This document shows, one piece after another, positions 51,208 through 64,000 of a stretch of DNA of 64,000 nucleotides. A program made the position numbers and the translations under genes. This DNA comes from Sphaerodactylus townsendi (lineage: Eukaryota): positions 34,410,001 through 34,474,000 of the forward strand of contig NC_059433.1 in the NCBI RefSeq assembly GCF_021028975.2, in the 5' to 3' direction. Position 1 is the first letter of the stretch, and every line of letters begins with the position of its first letter. The notes beneath the pieces are model-generated. The model had not been told where the DNA came from. It searched no databases and saw nothing but the letters and a program-made list of their open reading frames with translations.

Positions 51208-51770
51208 GTATTTATTTATTTTTATTTATTTATTTAGTAGGCTCCTCCTCCCCTTCCAGACTTGGGGTAGCATACAACAATTATAACCACTCAAACAGTT
51301 AATAGTAAGTTTTAAAACATCCAGTAAAACAACCAGTACTAATAAAATGATCCAAGTGGTGATCCAAATCTAAATATAACAATGAAAGCCCTAAACAACA
51401 TGTTGGTAATTATAATTCAAAATAAGTTAAGTTATCAGATAGTAAATGTTAGCTGTTGATAAAGTTTGGTTGTTATTGGTGGAGAGATCTAGATAGTAAC
51501 CATAGCTGCCTGGTAGAACAACTGTGTCTTACAAGCCCTGCAGAACTGCATTCCACTAAGCTGGACAAGCTGGACAAGATTTCTCTGAGGTCAGGGATCA
51601 CCAGAAGATTGGAATTGTTAATCAAAGTACTCCTTGGGAGATGTACCAGGAGAGGCAGTCCTATAAGTATGTTGATATTCCATGCTCCATGTAAAAGGTA
51701 TCATAAGAACCCAGTCATGAAGCAATCAGAATATGTTTAACTGTGGTCAAGTTAGATTTCTCTAGGAAAG
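51208..51770 (-). mobile_element. L2 LINE 3' end
   Basis: (TTTA)n tail at ~51210-51236 followed by antisense L2 3' sequence (TGTCTTACAAGCCCTGCAGAAC). Confidence 0.6.
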
Positions 51771-51795
51771 GGTACAGGAGGGTAAGCCATGTTTC

Positions 51796-52335
51796 AGGAG
51801 GGTAAGCCATGTTGGTCTAGAAGAGCTAGATCAAGTCCAGTAGCAACATAGAGACTAGAGGCATATTGGGGGAAAATGGCGCCTGAGGACAACACCTCCT
51901 CTGGACACTCCCATTCCCCCACGCCCCCTACCTATTGTGAAGCCCCGCCCCCCACATCCCTGCAGGCCAGCTCCTGCTCTCCCCAGGGCCTAGGGAGGGC
52001 AGAAGCCAGACTGCAGGGAGCTCGACTGGGCAGAGCACCACTGCCACCCACTGTAGAGTCCCACCCCCATGTCCTGGGAGCCCAGCTCCTGCTCTCTGCA
52101 GGGGAGCAGGGGAGCAGGGAGGGGGGCAGGATGCCCCAGTGGGAGGCTTGGGCACACGGTACTTCATCATGTGGGGAAGCATCTGGTGACCCCCCACATG
52201 ACTGAAAAGCATGCCTCTGGTAGAGACAAACAAGATTCTTGGGGTATAAGCTTTTTGCAAGTGAGATATGAAAGGAGCTTCACTCTCAAAAACCTATAAC
52301 CTAAACATTTTAGCTACTGGACGTGAATCTAACAG
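51796..52335. mobile_element. Palindromic Penelope-derived short element, interrupted by a hAT MITE
   Basis: AGTCCAGTAGCA...AACAAGATTCTTGGGGTATAAGCTTT with the inverted arm ...GCTACTGGAC. Smaller pieces at ~31858-31890 and ~56300-56370. Confidence 0.6.
51856..52219. mobile_element. hAT non-autonomous element
   Basis: TIRs TAGAGGCAT...ATGCCTCTG. TSD ATAGAGAC (51848-51855) vs GTAGAGAC (52220-52227), 7/8 match. Confidence 0.85.
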
Positions 52336-53285
52336 AACAATTGGCATACCAACTGAAGATACTCTTAGCTACTGTCACTATCTGAACATCCAAAAGCAGC
52401 ATCCGATCAAAAGTTTTAACCAAACATTGGACTGTTTTTCATGTGGAGTACAACTCCCCTCAAGCTAAGTTTACATCCAGCTTCCCCAAAGGGTTAAGCA
52501 ATGTCAAGGTGAAACCTGGAGTTCTTCCAGAAACTCCAGACTATAGAGATCAGCAGCCCTGGAAAAATGGCTGCTCTGAAATACCATTGAAAATGAAAAT
52601 TCTAGAGTGATGTGACATCCCCTCCTTCCACAATTTCAGTTCAGTAGCATAGGGGATAAACATTCCTAAAATTATCTCTATTCTTTTGTTCATGGAGTGT
52701 GCACAGTGAGTTTGTTTCATATTTTCCTGACTTTATTCTAGTGAAGAATGCAAAATGGTCTCCCACAATGACTCCGATTCACATATCCATATAGCTAGAT
52801 TCCATTCTAGCTCCTGCAAGCCACTGCAGCATTTCACTGGAATGGAACTCCATTTGGTTCTCTGCCAAAATCATATAAAGTAGAACCCCACTGATTCACT
52901 TACCTAGACTTCAAAAAGTCATTGTGTGGGCTATGAACGCTTCCTTTTCTCTCTGAAAACAGAATGATTATTAGGCTATTGAACTTCACTGAAGACCTTG
53001 ATTATCTTTTACCTCATTAAAAAGCTTTTGAAAAAATAATTTATGATTTAGTTGTGAACTGATGATGAAAAATTCATTTCTGCTAATGGCACAATCAGAT
53101 TATGTTTTATTGCTCAATTTTTATTGGTCCTGATAAAGGGGCAGTAGATTAATTATATCTTCATTTCACCACCTTAGTAACATGAGGAAGTATTACTACT
53201 TGGAAGGAAATTATTCCATTCAGAAAGAGACTCTGCTTTACATTAATTACATTATTTCATGGGGAGACGAGAGGGACTGAATACT

Positions 53286-53495
53286 GACTTTTCTGTGTGC
53301 ATACAAGAAGCTATGTACAAAGTAACATAAAGAAGGGACAGTCGATAAGCTGTTTTGATGTGTCTGTGTAAATCTTGATCTATTTATGCCTATTAAAGGT
53401 TAATAAAGATAAAGATAAAGACTTTTCTGTGTGCATACAAGAAGCTATGTACAAAGTAACATAAAGACGGGACAGCCGATAAGCTGTTTTGATGT
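53286..53495 (+). repeat. 76-bp direct repeat flanking a 58-bp LINE-like 3' tail
   Basis: 53286-53361 and 53420-53495 match at 74/76 positions. The insert ends TATGCCTATTAAAGGTTAATAAAGATAAAGATAAA. Confidence 0.9.
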
Positions 53496-54694
53496 TACCC
53501 TCCTCACAGGGTTAAATGAGTTACGACCTATCTGATGCAATATTCAAGTGCACTGCAACAAACCAGAATTTGTGTGAAGGAATAGGCTCACATCTTGTTC
53601 CCTTGGGTCCTGGGAGGTGAGAAAATCACTGTGGCTGTCCTCAAGTGTCCCCCTGGCAACACTTCCCCTTTCCTCTATTCCTGGGGTGGTAGTGCAATCC
53701 TACATATGCCTCCAAGCCAAGCAGATTGCAAACTCCTCATATTTTTCAGCCCCTATAGGGCTACTACACAAAGCCATATTGTCCAACCCTTAGCATTATT
53801 TTCTGGGCTGAGACCTATGCAGCATCTTTAGGATGGGGAGCCACCTTGGGGCTTGGTTATGGGCTTCAGTTCAGCAAGAATGATCTGTCAGGCTGGAATG
53901 CAGTTCACCATTTCCATGGCTGCAGACCTCCAGGCTCTTATCTTTCTTCTCTTGAAGGCAAAGTTTCTTCAGAGCTTTTGGAATGGGGCAAGTTACAAAG
54001 TGACATATCTCAAGACCAAACTGATTTGACCAGGAGGAAAGTCAGCAATAAGGCAGAGCAATAAGGCAGAGCATCTCATTGAATCAGTGGCTGGTTTTCT
54101 AATATGACACCTAGGCATTATTTTCAAACAGGTTTCACTCTTCAGCGTAGATGGCATTCTTCTCTCAGAGTGGAACATTGATGTTTGGCTCCACAACATT
54201 CGAGACCTGTTGATTTGTTGGCTGTAGCTGTAGGAGCTTTGTTGGGAGCCAGGCTGGTGCCCTACACTTGGGGTGGTTTGGACCTTTGGGAGAGGCTGTG
54301 CTTTCATGCCATGGGTGGAGGCTGTCCCTGCTTGCCCACCTCCCTCATTTTGGGAACTCCCTTAAGGGGTCTTGATCCCAGAGCCCTTCAGCATGCCCAG
54401 TTTGGGAGCTTTCAGCTGGCTCTCACAACCAGATGGGGAGGGGACCACACAGTGGCATTCATCCATGTGGGATCTCAGGACTTGCCACTCTGTGGGCTTC
54501 ACCTCAGCATGTAGACCGAAGTAATTAGTTGATATCCGGTGGCAGCAGAGTTGTGCAGTGCAGTGTTCAAACTGTGCCAATGTTTTTTAGCTATATTCAG
54601 TAAAAAGCTGTGACCTAGTTTTCTTCCCATTCAGGTACTTACTGTAGTTATTCTTGCTCACCTTCACTCCCTATTGCCTCCTGGGACCATAAGC

Positions 54695-54800
54695 AGCAAC
54701 TAGAACTATACACAGTATTACAAATGAAGCCACAACTTGGTTTGTGTAAGGACATAACTATACCAGCAGTTTTATTCTTAGTTCCATTTCTGATGAGGTC
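54695..54800 (-). mobile_element. CR1 fragment
   Basis: AGAACTATACACAGTATTACAAATG...TTTGTGTAAGG resembles the CR1 segment at ~5795-5890. Confidence 0.55.
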
Positions 54801-56601
54801 TGATGTTCAGTCTGGCATTTCTGGTTAAAAGATATCATGAGGAAATGGCAGCAGAAGTGACTTGGTAAGTGAGCAAGCATGTGATTCTCTGGTATGCTAA
54901 AAATAAATGCCAATATAAAGGTGAGATCATATTACATTTCTAGTGCAGTGAGCTCTTGTATACATGTATGTATCAATCCCACACTTAAACATCAGGTGTA
55001 CTGATCTTGTATTGGCTTATAATATGAAACAATGTTGGATTTTCCACATGGCCAATCTTTTTTTGCACGTGGACCTCATTGCAACACCACTAGGGAGAAA
55101 ATGATCCTAGTGTGGGACTAAAATGAATATAACCTCCCTTTCACAAGAATATTCACTTGTCATGATGTATGATGACTTTTCACATCTTGTACAATCCTAG
55201 TCTAATTTATTTTTAACCAAATGCTAATAGATAGGAAAATACATCAAGATAACCTCCCTGAAGAATGAAAGCTCTAATTATATGGAGAAGAACAACAGTA
55301 AAGTCAACTCAGTGTCTCTCCTGAGTCATCTGTTCAACCCCTGATACACACAGAGACCCCTAGAGATTTGAGGGTACTTGAGTTTCAGAGGCCTTTCATT
55401 GCTAGGCTGCTCTGCTGAAACTGCCAAGGAGGAAGCCAATTACTGGCAATCGTGAGGGTTTATTTGTTTTGTGATGGACATATCTGTCTACCTGGAAGTT
55501 CTAAAAAAACCCCATATAATCAGCCAATACGGTATCAACCTATCATGACAGTAACTGCTGTTAGTCATGCTAACTAACATTCTACCTGCTTTGAACTAAT
55601 GGTCTGTGAGTGTAAGGCACTATATTGATTTACTTACCCCTTGGGCTACTCAGTCTCTGCCTGTCTGGTTCTCCCCTCTTTCTTGAAAGTTAATCAAAGT
55701 GAGTACTGCATTGCCCAATGATGAAAAACTATAAGCTGCTCAGTTAATCAAGTGCCAAGCAGATACTTCTTCAAGATAACTAAGTTGGCTCCGGGTCCAC
55801 ATTACTCTATGTTAAGTGTGGTTTAACATGGAGCACAGAATACACAGTATTGCTTATAGACATAAAGATGGTGAAAAGCAGGTGAAAAGAGGACTAAGGG
55901 GTCTTTTTGATCACAAACTGCTAGGCTGGGGACTATGGGACACACATGAACAAAAGTCATGTGGGCTGGAGGAAGGAGGAGAAATAGGTGAAACAGAGTG
56001 GTATTGGTGGTATTATTTATGCCTAGGATTTAAACAGTTGGAAGGAGGGGAAGGTTGAATAGGAATTTGATTGTAGCAGGAATAAAAAAAAATAGTGAAA
56101 GATATGTTGGGAAGTGACATACATTTCTAACTACCAAGTCTCCAATCAACACAAGACTTGTGTTGTATGTATTTCTTTGAACATGTGTATTCTGCTTTTT
56201 GGTGAAATAGTTACTTACAATGAAATCAACATGGATAATTACAATTATATCAGTAAATTATAGGACTATAAAGCATCTTCTGAGGCAGTCAGCACTAACA
56301 AAAGTTCATGCTGGAATAAATTTTATTAGTCTTTAAGGTGCCACCAGACTCGGGTTTTAGTTTGCTACAATCAGCCTTCACAGGCAGCCAACAAATAATT
56401 TTCAGAGCTAGTTTTCTGAATGTTAAAAAACAGGTGGGGCTTCTTAAGGGCCAGTGTTCCAGATTCTCTCTGTCACTCCTCAAATTGGGAGATCACATGC
56501 CAAAGATTCTATGGAAGTGGAAACAAAAAGGAGGGTCTTTCTTGATCACCTAAAATGTGGATCTGATCATGTGAGAGACAGCAGTCTTTAACACATACAT
56601 A

Positions 56602-58798
56602 GGTCATTTCTGCACAGTTCAAATATCCCGGGTTGGTCAAGAGGTTCGCACAGTTTCCAGTCTTAAAGCAGGTTTGTCTCACGATATTTCCCTCTTCCTG
56701 AGATTTTAAAAAAATAACCAATTTTATTATTCTTTTCAAAAATCCTGTGGTGAACCCGCTACCATGCAAACACCATGGGAGCAGAAACAGTTTATTTTCC
56801 CCGCCCACCCACCTGATCTCCCCACCCGTCGTCATGTCAGTTTTCAACTCTGCTGAGCTGCCAACCCATTGCAGCCCGCCCTTCCCAAAATGTTTCCCCA
56901 AGCATGTTTTCTGCTCATGGTATCGACCGGCTCCCATTTTGCCTGGGTTAAACAGGAGTGGAGTCCCAAAATGTCTCGTCGTCTTTTCTGTATATGTACT
57001 GGTTACTTGGAGTGCACAGCTAGGGAGATGTGCACTATGGGCCGAATGTTAGTGGGCATATCACAGGGGGAGGGGGGAAGTCTCTTGTTTTCCACAATAA
57101 TATGAGAACGTGAGTGGGAATGTGACAGGGGCGTAATGAGGCAATCCTGAGCAAACTGTAGCCCTGGGCAAAACCTGAGTTGGATGCCCCCCCCAATGGG
57201 CGGCCACTCCACCACGACCAAAAATTTTTTTGCACCAGGACATTGGTGCCTACAGGGGGTGAAGTTTTTAGACATATCAGCACCAAAATTTCAGCATATC
57301 ATTAGGAGACTGTCCTTATGGTACTCCCCAAGTTTGGTGAGGTTTGGTTCAAGGAGTCCAAAGTTATGGACTCCCAAAGGGGGTGCCCCATCCCCCATTG
57401 TTTCCAATGGGAGCTAATAGGAGATGGGGCTACAGTTTTGAGGGTCCATAACTTTGGCCCCCCTGAACCAAACTGCACCAAACCTGGGGGGTATCATCAA
57501 GGAAGTCTCCTGATGAGACCCTGAAAGTTTGAGACTGTGCCTTCAAAAATGTCCCCCCACCCCAGCCAGCAACCCCCATGGACAGCAATACAGAAAACTT
57601 AATGCAGAACAAAGATTCTTGGGCAAAAATCTGGGATGTTCCTGCAGGGGGTGCATTTTTGGATGTATCGGCACCAAAATTTCAGGGTATCACCTGGAAA
57701 CTGTCCTTATGGTACCTCCAAAGTTTGGTGCAGTTTGGTTTAGGGGGTCCAAAGTTATGGACCCTAAAAAGGGGTACCCCATCCCACATTCTTTGCTAAG
57801 GAGATGGGGGCTACCCTTTTGAGGGTCCATAACTTTGGACCAAACTGCACCAAACCTTGGGGGTGCCATCATGACAGTCTCCAGATGATACCCTGAAATT
57901 TTGGTGCTGATATGTCCAAGAATACCCTCCCTGCAAGAACATCCCGAAATTTGCCCAAGAATCTTTGTTCTGCATTGAGTTTTCTGCATTGCTGTCAATG
58001 GGGGTTGCAGGCTGGGGGGGGGACATTTTTGAAGGCACAGTCTCAAACTTTCAGGGTCTCATCAGGAGACTGCCCTAATGATAACTCCCAAGTTTGGTGC
58101 AGTTTGGTTTGGGGGGGCCAAAGTTATGGACCCTCAAAACTGTAGCCCCCATCTCCTATTAGCTCCCATTGGAAACAATGGGGGATGGGGCACCCCCTTT
58201 GGGAGTCCATAACTTTGGACTCCCTGAACCAAACCTCACCAAACTTGGGGGGTAGCATACGGACAGTCTCCTGATGATATGCTGAAATTTTGGTGCCACT
58301 AGCCTAAAAACTGCGCCCCCTGCAGGCCAACAATTGAAAAGCACTAAAAATACCCAAAAACGAACCCAGCATTTTGATGCCCCCCACAAGGTGATGCCCT
58401 GGGCAGCTGCCCACCTTGCCCAATGGGCATTACGCCAGTGGAATGTGATGTGGTGCTTTGCCCCATTTTTTTTGCTGCTGCTTGCCATGTTGAGGCCTGC
58501 ACTGGACCCTCTCCAAAACTGGAAAAGGGGGGCTTCATTTCCCGCCATTGCTACACTCAAAAAACAGCCATTCAGAATGTGGGATACAGGGGATGTTTGC
58601 GCCTGCGTGGATATGCTTGCCGTGTAAATACAAAAGACCCAGGCTCATGCAAAACAAACTGGAGTATTTCCTCCTGGTTTTCACTCAATCCCTTCGCAAA
58701 AACAGGCAGCCATGCAAAGGGAGAAACTGAGTTAAAGTAGACCCAAATTGCAAGATGCCAATTATAACCTGGTATAATTGTGCTGTGCAGAAACGGTC
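56602..58798. mobile_element. Harbinger-type non-autonomous element hosting a nested hAT element
   Basis: TIRs GGTCATTTCTGCACAG and CTGTGCAGAAACGGTC. Shares CCCACCTGATCTCCCCACC and AAACTGGAG(T/C)ATTTCCT with 25939-26772. Confidence 0.75.
57126..58440. mobile_element. hAT-type non-autonomous element with long internal foldback
   Basis: Perfect 8-bp TSD GAATGTGA at 57118-57125 and 58441-58448. TIRs CAGGGGCGTAATG and CATTACGCCAGTG. Inverted arms ~57249-57783 and ~57803-58326. Confidence 0.92.
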
Positions 58799-59189
58799 AT
58801 AAACTGTTAGGGCTTTAAAGTAATGTTGTTATGGGGAATGAAATTTCATTTTCCAAAATTCATTTGATGTAGATGTATTCTCTTTTAAGAGAGATTTCTC
58901 TTTCATTTCTGTTTTATTAAAAATCAATGCACCCTTTTAAAACTTCAGCCATTGCAGTTGTTTTGTTCTATACCACAGGGTGGTGCACCAGCAGAAAGAG
59001 CATCTAACAAGGAATTCTGATTTTATGCAGATTCTCCTTGCCTTTCCTTGCTTTGTATTTTTCTTATTCAATTTTATCAAAATTGAATTGATTAGAAACT
59101 AAAAAGAAGAATAGAAATTGTTAAGTTTCAGGGAGAAACTGGGTAAATAGAAATAAAAAGAATTCTTAATATTTAAAGTTCAAAAACCT

Positions 59190-59460
59190 GCATTGGATTC
59201 ATAAATGCAGTGGAAGCCAGTGAAGTGGAATTAAAGGTGGGATAATATAATCAATATGGCTGTTCAAAAACTGAACAGCCACGTTTAGACCACTGGCAGT
59301 TTCCAAGCATTTTTCAAAGCAAATTTCATTATAATAGTGCAGTCTAGAAGTTACCAAAGCCTGTGTATCTGTGGTCAGACCAGACTTCCCAGAAGAAGGA
59401 AAAATAAAGCTGGTAAATAAGTCTACACTGAAGGCACACCTTGCCACATTTGCTATTCAA
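59190..59460 (-). mobile_element. L2 LINE ORF2 C-terminal fragment
   Basis: QALVTSRLHYYN...IIPPLIPLHWLP matches the L2 motif HALVTSRLDYCN...HITPVLxxLHWLP. Confidence 0.85.
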
Positions 59461-61287
59461 ACAAGCAGAATTGGAGCCAGAATTATACAGAGGCATTTTC
59501 AGATAAAGTGCAAATCCATCCATCACAGGTCAAACACCTAGGTCAGCTGAATCTGTAAGTCAGCTGAACCGTTCATCTGTGTAGATAAAGTCAGAACAGT
59601 TTTAACACAGACTTAACTGATTCCAAGTATGGCAGTGGCATTCTGCTATCCATCAAACAACATAGGGTTAGATCCGGCTGTTTTGCTGATTCCTGCACAT
59701 TAGTTTAGTGTAAGAAGAGTCTATTCTAGGCAGAAGAGCCTCTTGGACTGATGAATGGCTCTTTGCTCTGGAGAAACATGGCAATATCATTCCTACAGAC
59801 TTATTATAGCTAGATCATAGTTACTGGAAGATTAAGAAATCAATGGAGAAAACCTCTCCAACAAAAGAAGTCTATAATTTCATGAGTCCAAACAGTTTTA
59901 AGCAAGCTAATGGAACAAAAGAATGATGAATGAGAAATTCATTAGAACAAAGTGTTATTATTTTAATCTTTAATAATCATTTTTAAAAACATGCCAAAAA
60001 CCCTGGGTTTTGTTTATAACTTTCAGTTTTTAAAGATGGTCTTTCTTTAAAAATCTATCTAATCTAGATAACTGAAAAGCAAATTCTTACTTTACATATT
60101 GTGTTTATAAGAGGGAAACAAAACAATAATTTATGACTGAAATGAATTCAGAAAAATTGTTTTTGAGAAAGTTGTGCCAATTATAATTTATTTGGGGGAA
60201 ATGTGGCATTCTAGACAGATACTGAGAAAGAAATCAAGGTAGGTTTTTTTAGATAAAATATTTTATTATTGAACATTGGCTATATTTAGAATAGGATGAC
60301 TTTGCTTGTACATGAGGAACATGTATTTTAACAGTCAAGTTTATATTAAATTACCTAATGGTATTTTATAGTGTGACAAGTCATTATCTAACTTGACATA
60401 CTGTAATATAACAGAACATTATGAACAAAGTAATGCAATGTAATAAATCATTAATTCGTGGTGCCAGTTAGAGGATTCAATAATAAACAAACTCATACCT
60501 CTTCTGAATATATAATCCTTTGGAAATGATTATTGCAAATTATCCACAAATAATGTACCACCTGGATATCTCTAATTGGGAAAAAAAATAATTTATATTT
60601 TGGACCATCTGTTTTGCAGATGCTCTGTCATAAATATATGGTATTTGATAGCCCAATGAGTTGTGGGAAAGTTGTGTGTTCTAAACCAAAACAATTCTTC
60701 CTATTTTTGAGAAACATTTGATATGCATGTGTGAAACCATTCTCCTGAACTGTACCTGAAGTCAAAACTTCCCTTTATCTGTTGGTTCATCTATTGTTTG
60801 AAGTTCAACCCAAATGCCATGTCAAACAAGTTTGTTCTTGCTCAGTAGTCAGTTGTCCCTTTGTAAATAATTAACAATTGTAATTTACATGTTGGTGCCA
60901 ATCTGAACAGCTCTTCATTATGGCACGAGGTTGCTTAGGAATCATACATCACCCCCAGACTCCAGATTTTACAGATCTTCTCCAGGTTCTTCCCAGAAGA
61001 CTAGTAACAACTTAAATAAAAACTACGAGAATGCTCATATTGGATATATGATCCCTAAGCAGGACAATATTATTACTTATGCTTTCAATTTTCAGAGTGG
61101 GCAGTTTGTACCAGCAAGAAGGTATTGTGAAAATCTCTGGGAGAATCCACACAGGAAACCAACTTTATCTCAAACTACAAAGCACTACCAGCCTGGAATG
61201 TGGGACAGCCCCATGAGGGGAAGGGAGGTAACAGCCAGAGGGATGAGAACGAGATGAGCCAGGGAACATGGGAACTGCCTGATGTCA

Positions 61288-61767
61288 TGTTAGGTCTTGA
61301 ACCTTAAGCCAATAAATGCACTTTGTATAGTTGATCAGTAGCATTTATTGAGAGGCATCAGAGCACCAAAGCTTGGCAAAGCCAGTTCTGACAAACCTGG
61401 CTTTTGCCACCATGTTTATCTCCCCTTCCAAATTCCCAAAAAATTGTGAAAAACAGTCGTCAGGGCTGAGGCGCCCCAAGGTTGCCAGCAGATAGTAAGA
61501 GAAAGCCACCTGGCTTCCTGGCCCACAAGATAATAGATATCATATGACTCCGTTTCTCATGAGATCAGGGTGTCAGGGGAAAGCCTAGTTATCTACAAAT
61601 TGTGTGAAGCCATAGAGTAAAGATCAAGGAAAGAATACCCCAGATGGCATTGGTAACATATGGTGGGCTGGTTGCATACATCTTTTCACAGCATTTGCTT
61701 TGTAGCATTAAGCAGATACAATGAGGTTGGAATGCATGTCAGTCACCTAGATGCAATCCCCCTGACA
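61288..61767 (-). mobile_element. Solo LTR (480 bp)
   Basis: TGTTAGG...CCTGACA termini with 5-bp TSD TGTCA (61283-61287, 61768-61772). A minus-strand AATAAA lies at ~61344; orientation is tentative. Confidence 0.8.
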
Positions 61768-63589
61768 TGTCATCACACAGGTGGATCTCAGATTCCCAAC
61801 AGGAGGACAGCAAAAGGCTTGTCATAGGAAAATATGTTAGCAGCAGCTGCAGGACCATCGAGGACATGACACACTGCAGCATATAACTGTAGTTCAATCT
61901 ACCATATTCTTAGCTTAGGCCAGCATGCTGAATACACTGAACTATGCAGCTTAAAAAGTAACTCATGCATTCTAGGCAACTGGGATCTTGACTTGTTCCA
62001 CTGTAGTTCAGTCCAGAAAGTTGTGAGTGTACACCACCACAAATTCATGCCACTGACTGCACAGGCCTAAAAGCATCACCTACAGTCTAATGTAGCTGGT
62101 TTAAAAGATTAATGGTCTAGATTGTGAGCATGCACCAGCAGTCACAATCCATCCAGCTATCATGCGGAGAGTCATTACTGTGCAGATGCAAAACTACTAA
62201 ACATGCTGTTCATTTTGAATTGTGATCAAGTCACTGAGGTGCTTACATGAAGTGCTCTACTCAACAGAGAATGAGCAATGCAAACCAGAAAGAGTTGATT
62301 AAAATGTTTTGAAAATACTGAACCATCCTATTTAAAAGCAGAGCTCTTAAAAGAACTAGTCACTCATTCTTCTTTTATCAGTTCATTCTTTTAATCTATT
62401 ATAAGGAATAAATATGTGTGATATGCAGGGTTTTTTAAACAGTCCCATTATTATATTTCCATATCATTGATGGAAAACATCCAGCAGCTCAAATTCCTCA
62501 CAATACATTTTCATATTAATGGTTCTATTGCCATGTCAGAAAATGACAGTTATTCAGAAATTGCCCTGTCTTGGTCTTTTCTCTCTCTATATAAAGGGGC
62601 ATTTGTAAAAGAAAGGCTTTGTAAAAATGGTTTTGAATGTTGCAGTTCTTGTTAGGAAAACAATAGCCTTTAAGAGTCAGTGCTTTATACCTACTCTGCC
62701 AAAGATCTTTCTTTTGGCACAATGTTAGTCTGACTATAATGGAATACATTTAGGATGGGTGTGTGTGTGTTTTTTTTTAAAAAAAGAACATTGGACACTA
62801 CACAAATTATACGCTGCATTAGGCATGGAAAGCTTACCTCATGGCTGACAGCTGTGCAATGGGTTACAGTGGACCCTCCTCATATTTTTTCCATTTACAC
62901 ACCAGAAGGAGCTGATCCTTGGCCCAGTTCTTCTTAGAGGTGAAACCCTCAGGGGGCCTGGGGTGGCAGCAGGCAGCAAGCGACAGCAGGTGGTAGCCAG
63001 GCACTCTTGGCCACATGGAGTGTGGAGGTTGTTGAGTGGCAGGTCGACCATGGCCCTTCAAGTCTATATTATATTACTATATTGATAGCAGCATCTGGAT
63101 AAGCAGGAAGGAGCTGTCAACATGGAAGGGGAGGAGAGGGGGAAGGCATGAGAGGGAAAGCTGACAATGCAAAGCAATGCAAGGGAAGGTTGGCTGTGGG
63201 TGGAGGGAAGAGGAGGTTCAGAACAAAGCTGTGCCTACTGGAAAATCTGTCCTGCTCTGGCAGAGAAGCAAAATTAAATTCACGCTATAAGTGGTTTTGC
63301 ATACAATGGTGAGAGTGGAAAGTGAAAGTGGAGCTAGAGGAAATACATCCATAGAAGAAATCTTGCAGTGGAGGACATTCACCTCCACCATACAGCAAAC
63401 ACATTGTGTGTAACTGGCCAGTATAATTCTTTAAGATATATTATGATCAGAGGAATATAAAAGCATATCCACTAACTAGCCTAGAAACTCTTTGAAGTCA
63501 GTGGGAAGTCAGGGGAATTTTAAAGTTACTGCATAATGATAAACAAGTTTTGATACTAAAATCCAACCATAATATTGTCTGTGAATGCC

Positions 63590-64000
63590 ATAAGCATTGT
63601 TGATCCTTGATGGCAGCATGACTGCATTCAGTTTGCTAACCAGGTAGGCTCTACTAGGCTTCCTGGTGACCCCTTTCCCCGCCAAGGTGAAAGGGTACAG
63701 ACTATGTGAGACGGCTATCTCTGTGACTGGTCTCAGACTATGGAACAGTCTCCTCATGGAAATTTGCCAGGCACCAATTCTTTATGGGTTTGGCATCTGG
63801 CGAAGACTTTCCTTCGGTCTTTGATCCCCTTGATGTCTGGAAGCTACTGGCCTGGGACGGGGGAAGATATGGGGGTGGACAATATTTTGGAAGTGTTTTA
63901 TGGTGTTTTTATGCTATTCGATGTTGTTTTTACTGTTGGCTTTTAATTTTGTAAGCCACCCTGAGATCTCCCTATAGGAGAGGATATAAGTGCAATCAAT
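63590..64000 (+). mobile_element. L2 LINE 3' end
   Basis: ETAISVTGLRLWNSL resembles the L2 motif RAFSVAGPRLWNSLP. The 3' UTR contains TTTTGTAAGCCACCCTGAG. Confidence 0.8.

Noticed and set aside
52255-52300. Second hammerhead ribozyme in the Penelope-derived element
   Set aside because: The CUGANGA and GAAA boxes are not intact (GATATGAAAGGAG...CTCAAAAA).
57249-58326. CRISPR-like array or coding ORFs in the modular repeat
   Set aside because: The modules alternate in orientation with no unique spacers, the context is eukaryotic, and the mirrored ORFs simply reflect the palindrome.
734-63946. The many 60-167 aa ORFs in the supplied track as host genes
   Set aside because: They are short, overlap in several frames, mostly lie in GC-rich repeats, microsatellites or gaps, and show no recognisable host protein or coherent exon chain.

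Overview
Vertebrate genomic DNA, almost certainly from a squamate reptile and probably a gecko. This assignment rests on a Sauria SINE, 5S-headed SINEs with a BovB-like tail, and non-autonomous hAT, Harbinger and Penelope families that I associate with geckos. I found no intact host protein-coding exon, rRNA, tRNA or CRISPR array. Nearly all ORFs in the supplied track are spurious or lie in repeats. The window reads as a gene desert or very large intron, with two N-gaps (27524-27682, 36680-36812) and dense decayed transposons: CR1, L1 and L2 LINE fragments, SINEs, a rearranged DIRS element, a solo LTR, Penelope relics, hAT MITEs with 8-bp TSDs and Harbinger-type MITEs, some nested. Unique AT-rich blocks between them may be conserved enhancers. 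The best second-look items are: (1) a hammerhead ribozyme core in a Penelope relic (~29875-29917); (2) a 58-bp retro-insertion with an apparent 76-bp target duplication (53286-53495); (3) a 1.3-kb hAT element that is mostly one ~1.08-kb foldback, nested in another MITE (57126-58440); (4) a DIRS element whose two halves face each other (~17985-20100); and (5) two unidentified decayed coding-like stretches (16760-17413 + and ~985-1827 -). I cannot support a claim of a new biological system. All family assignments come from visual motif recognition, not database searches.
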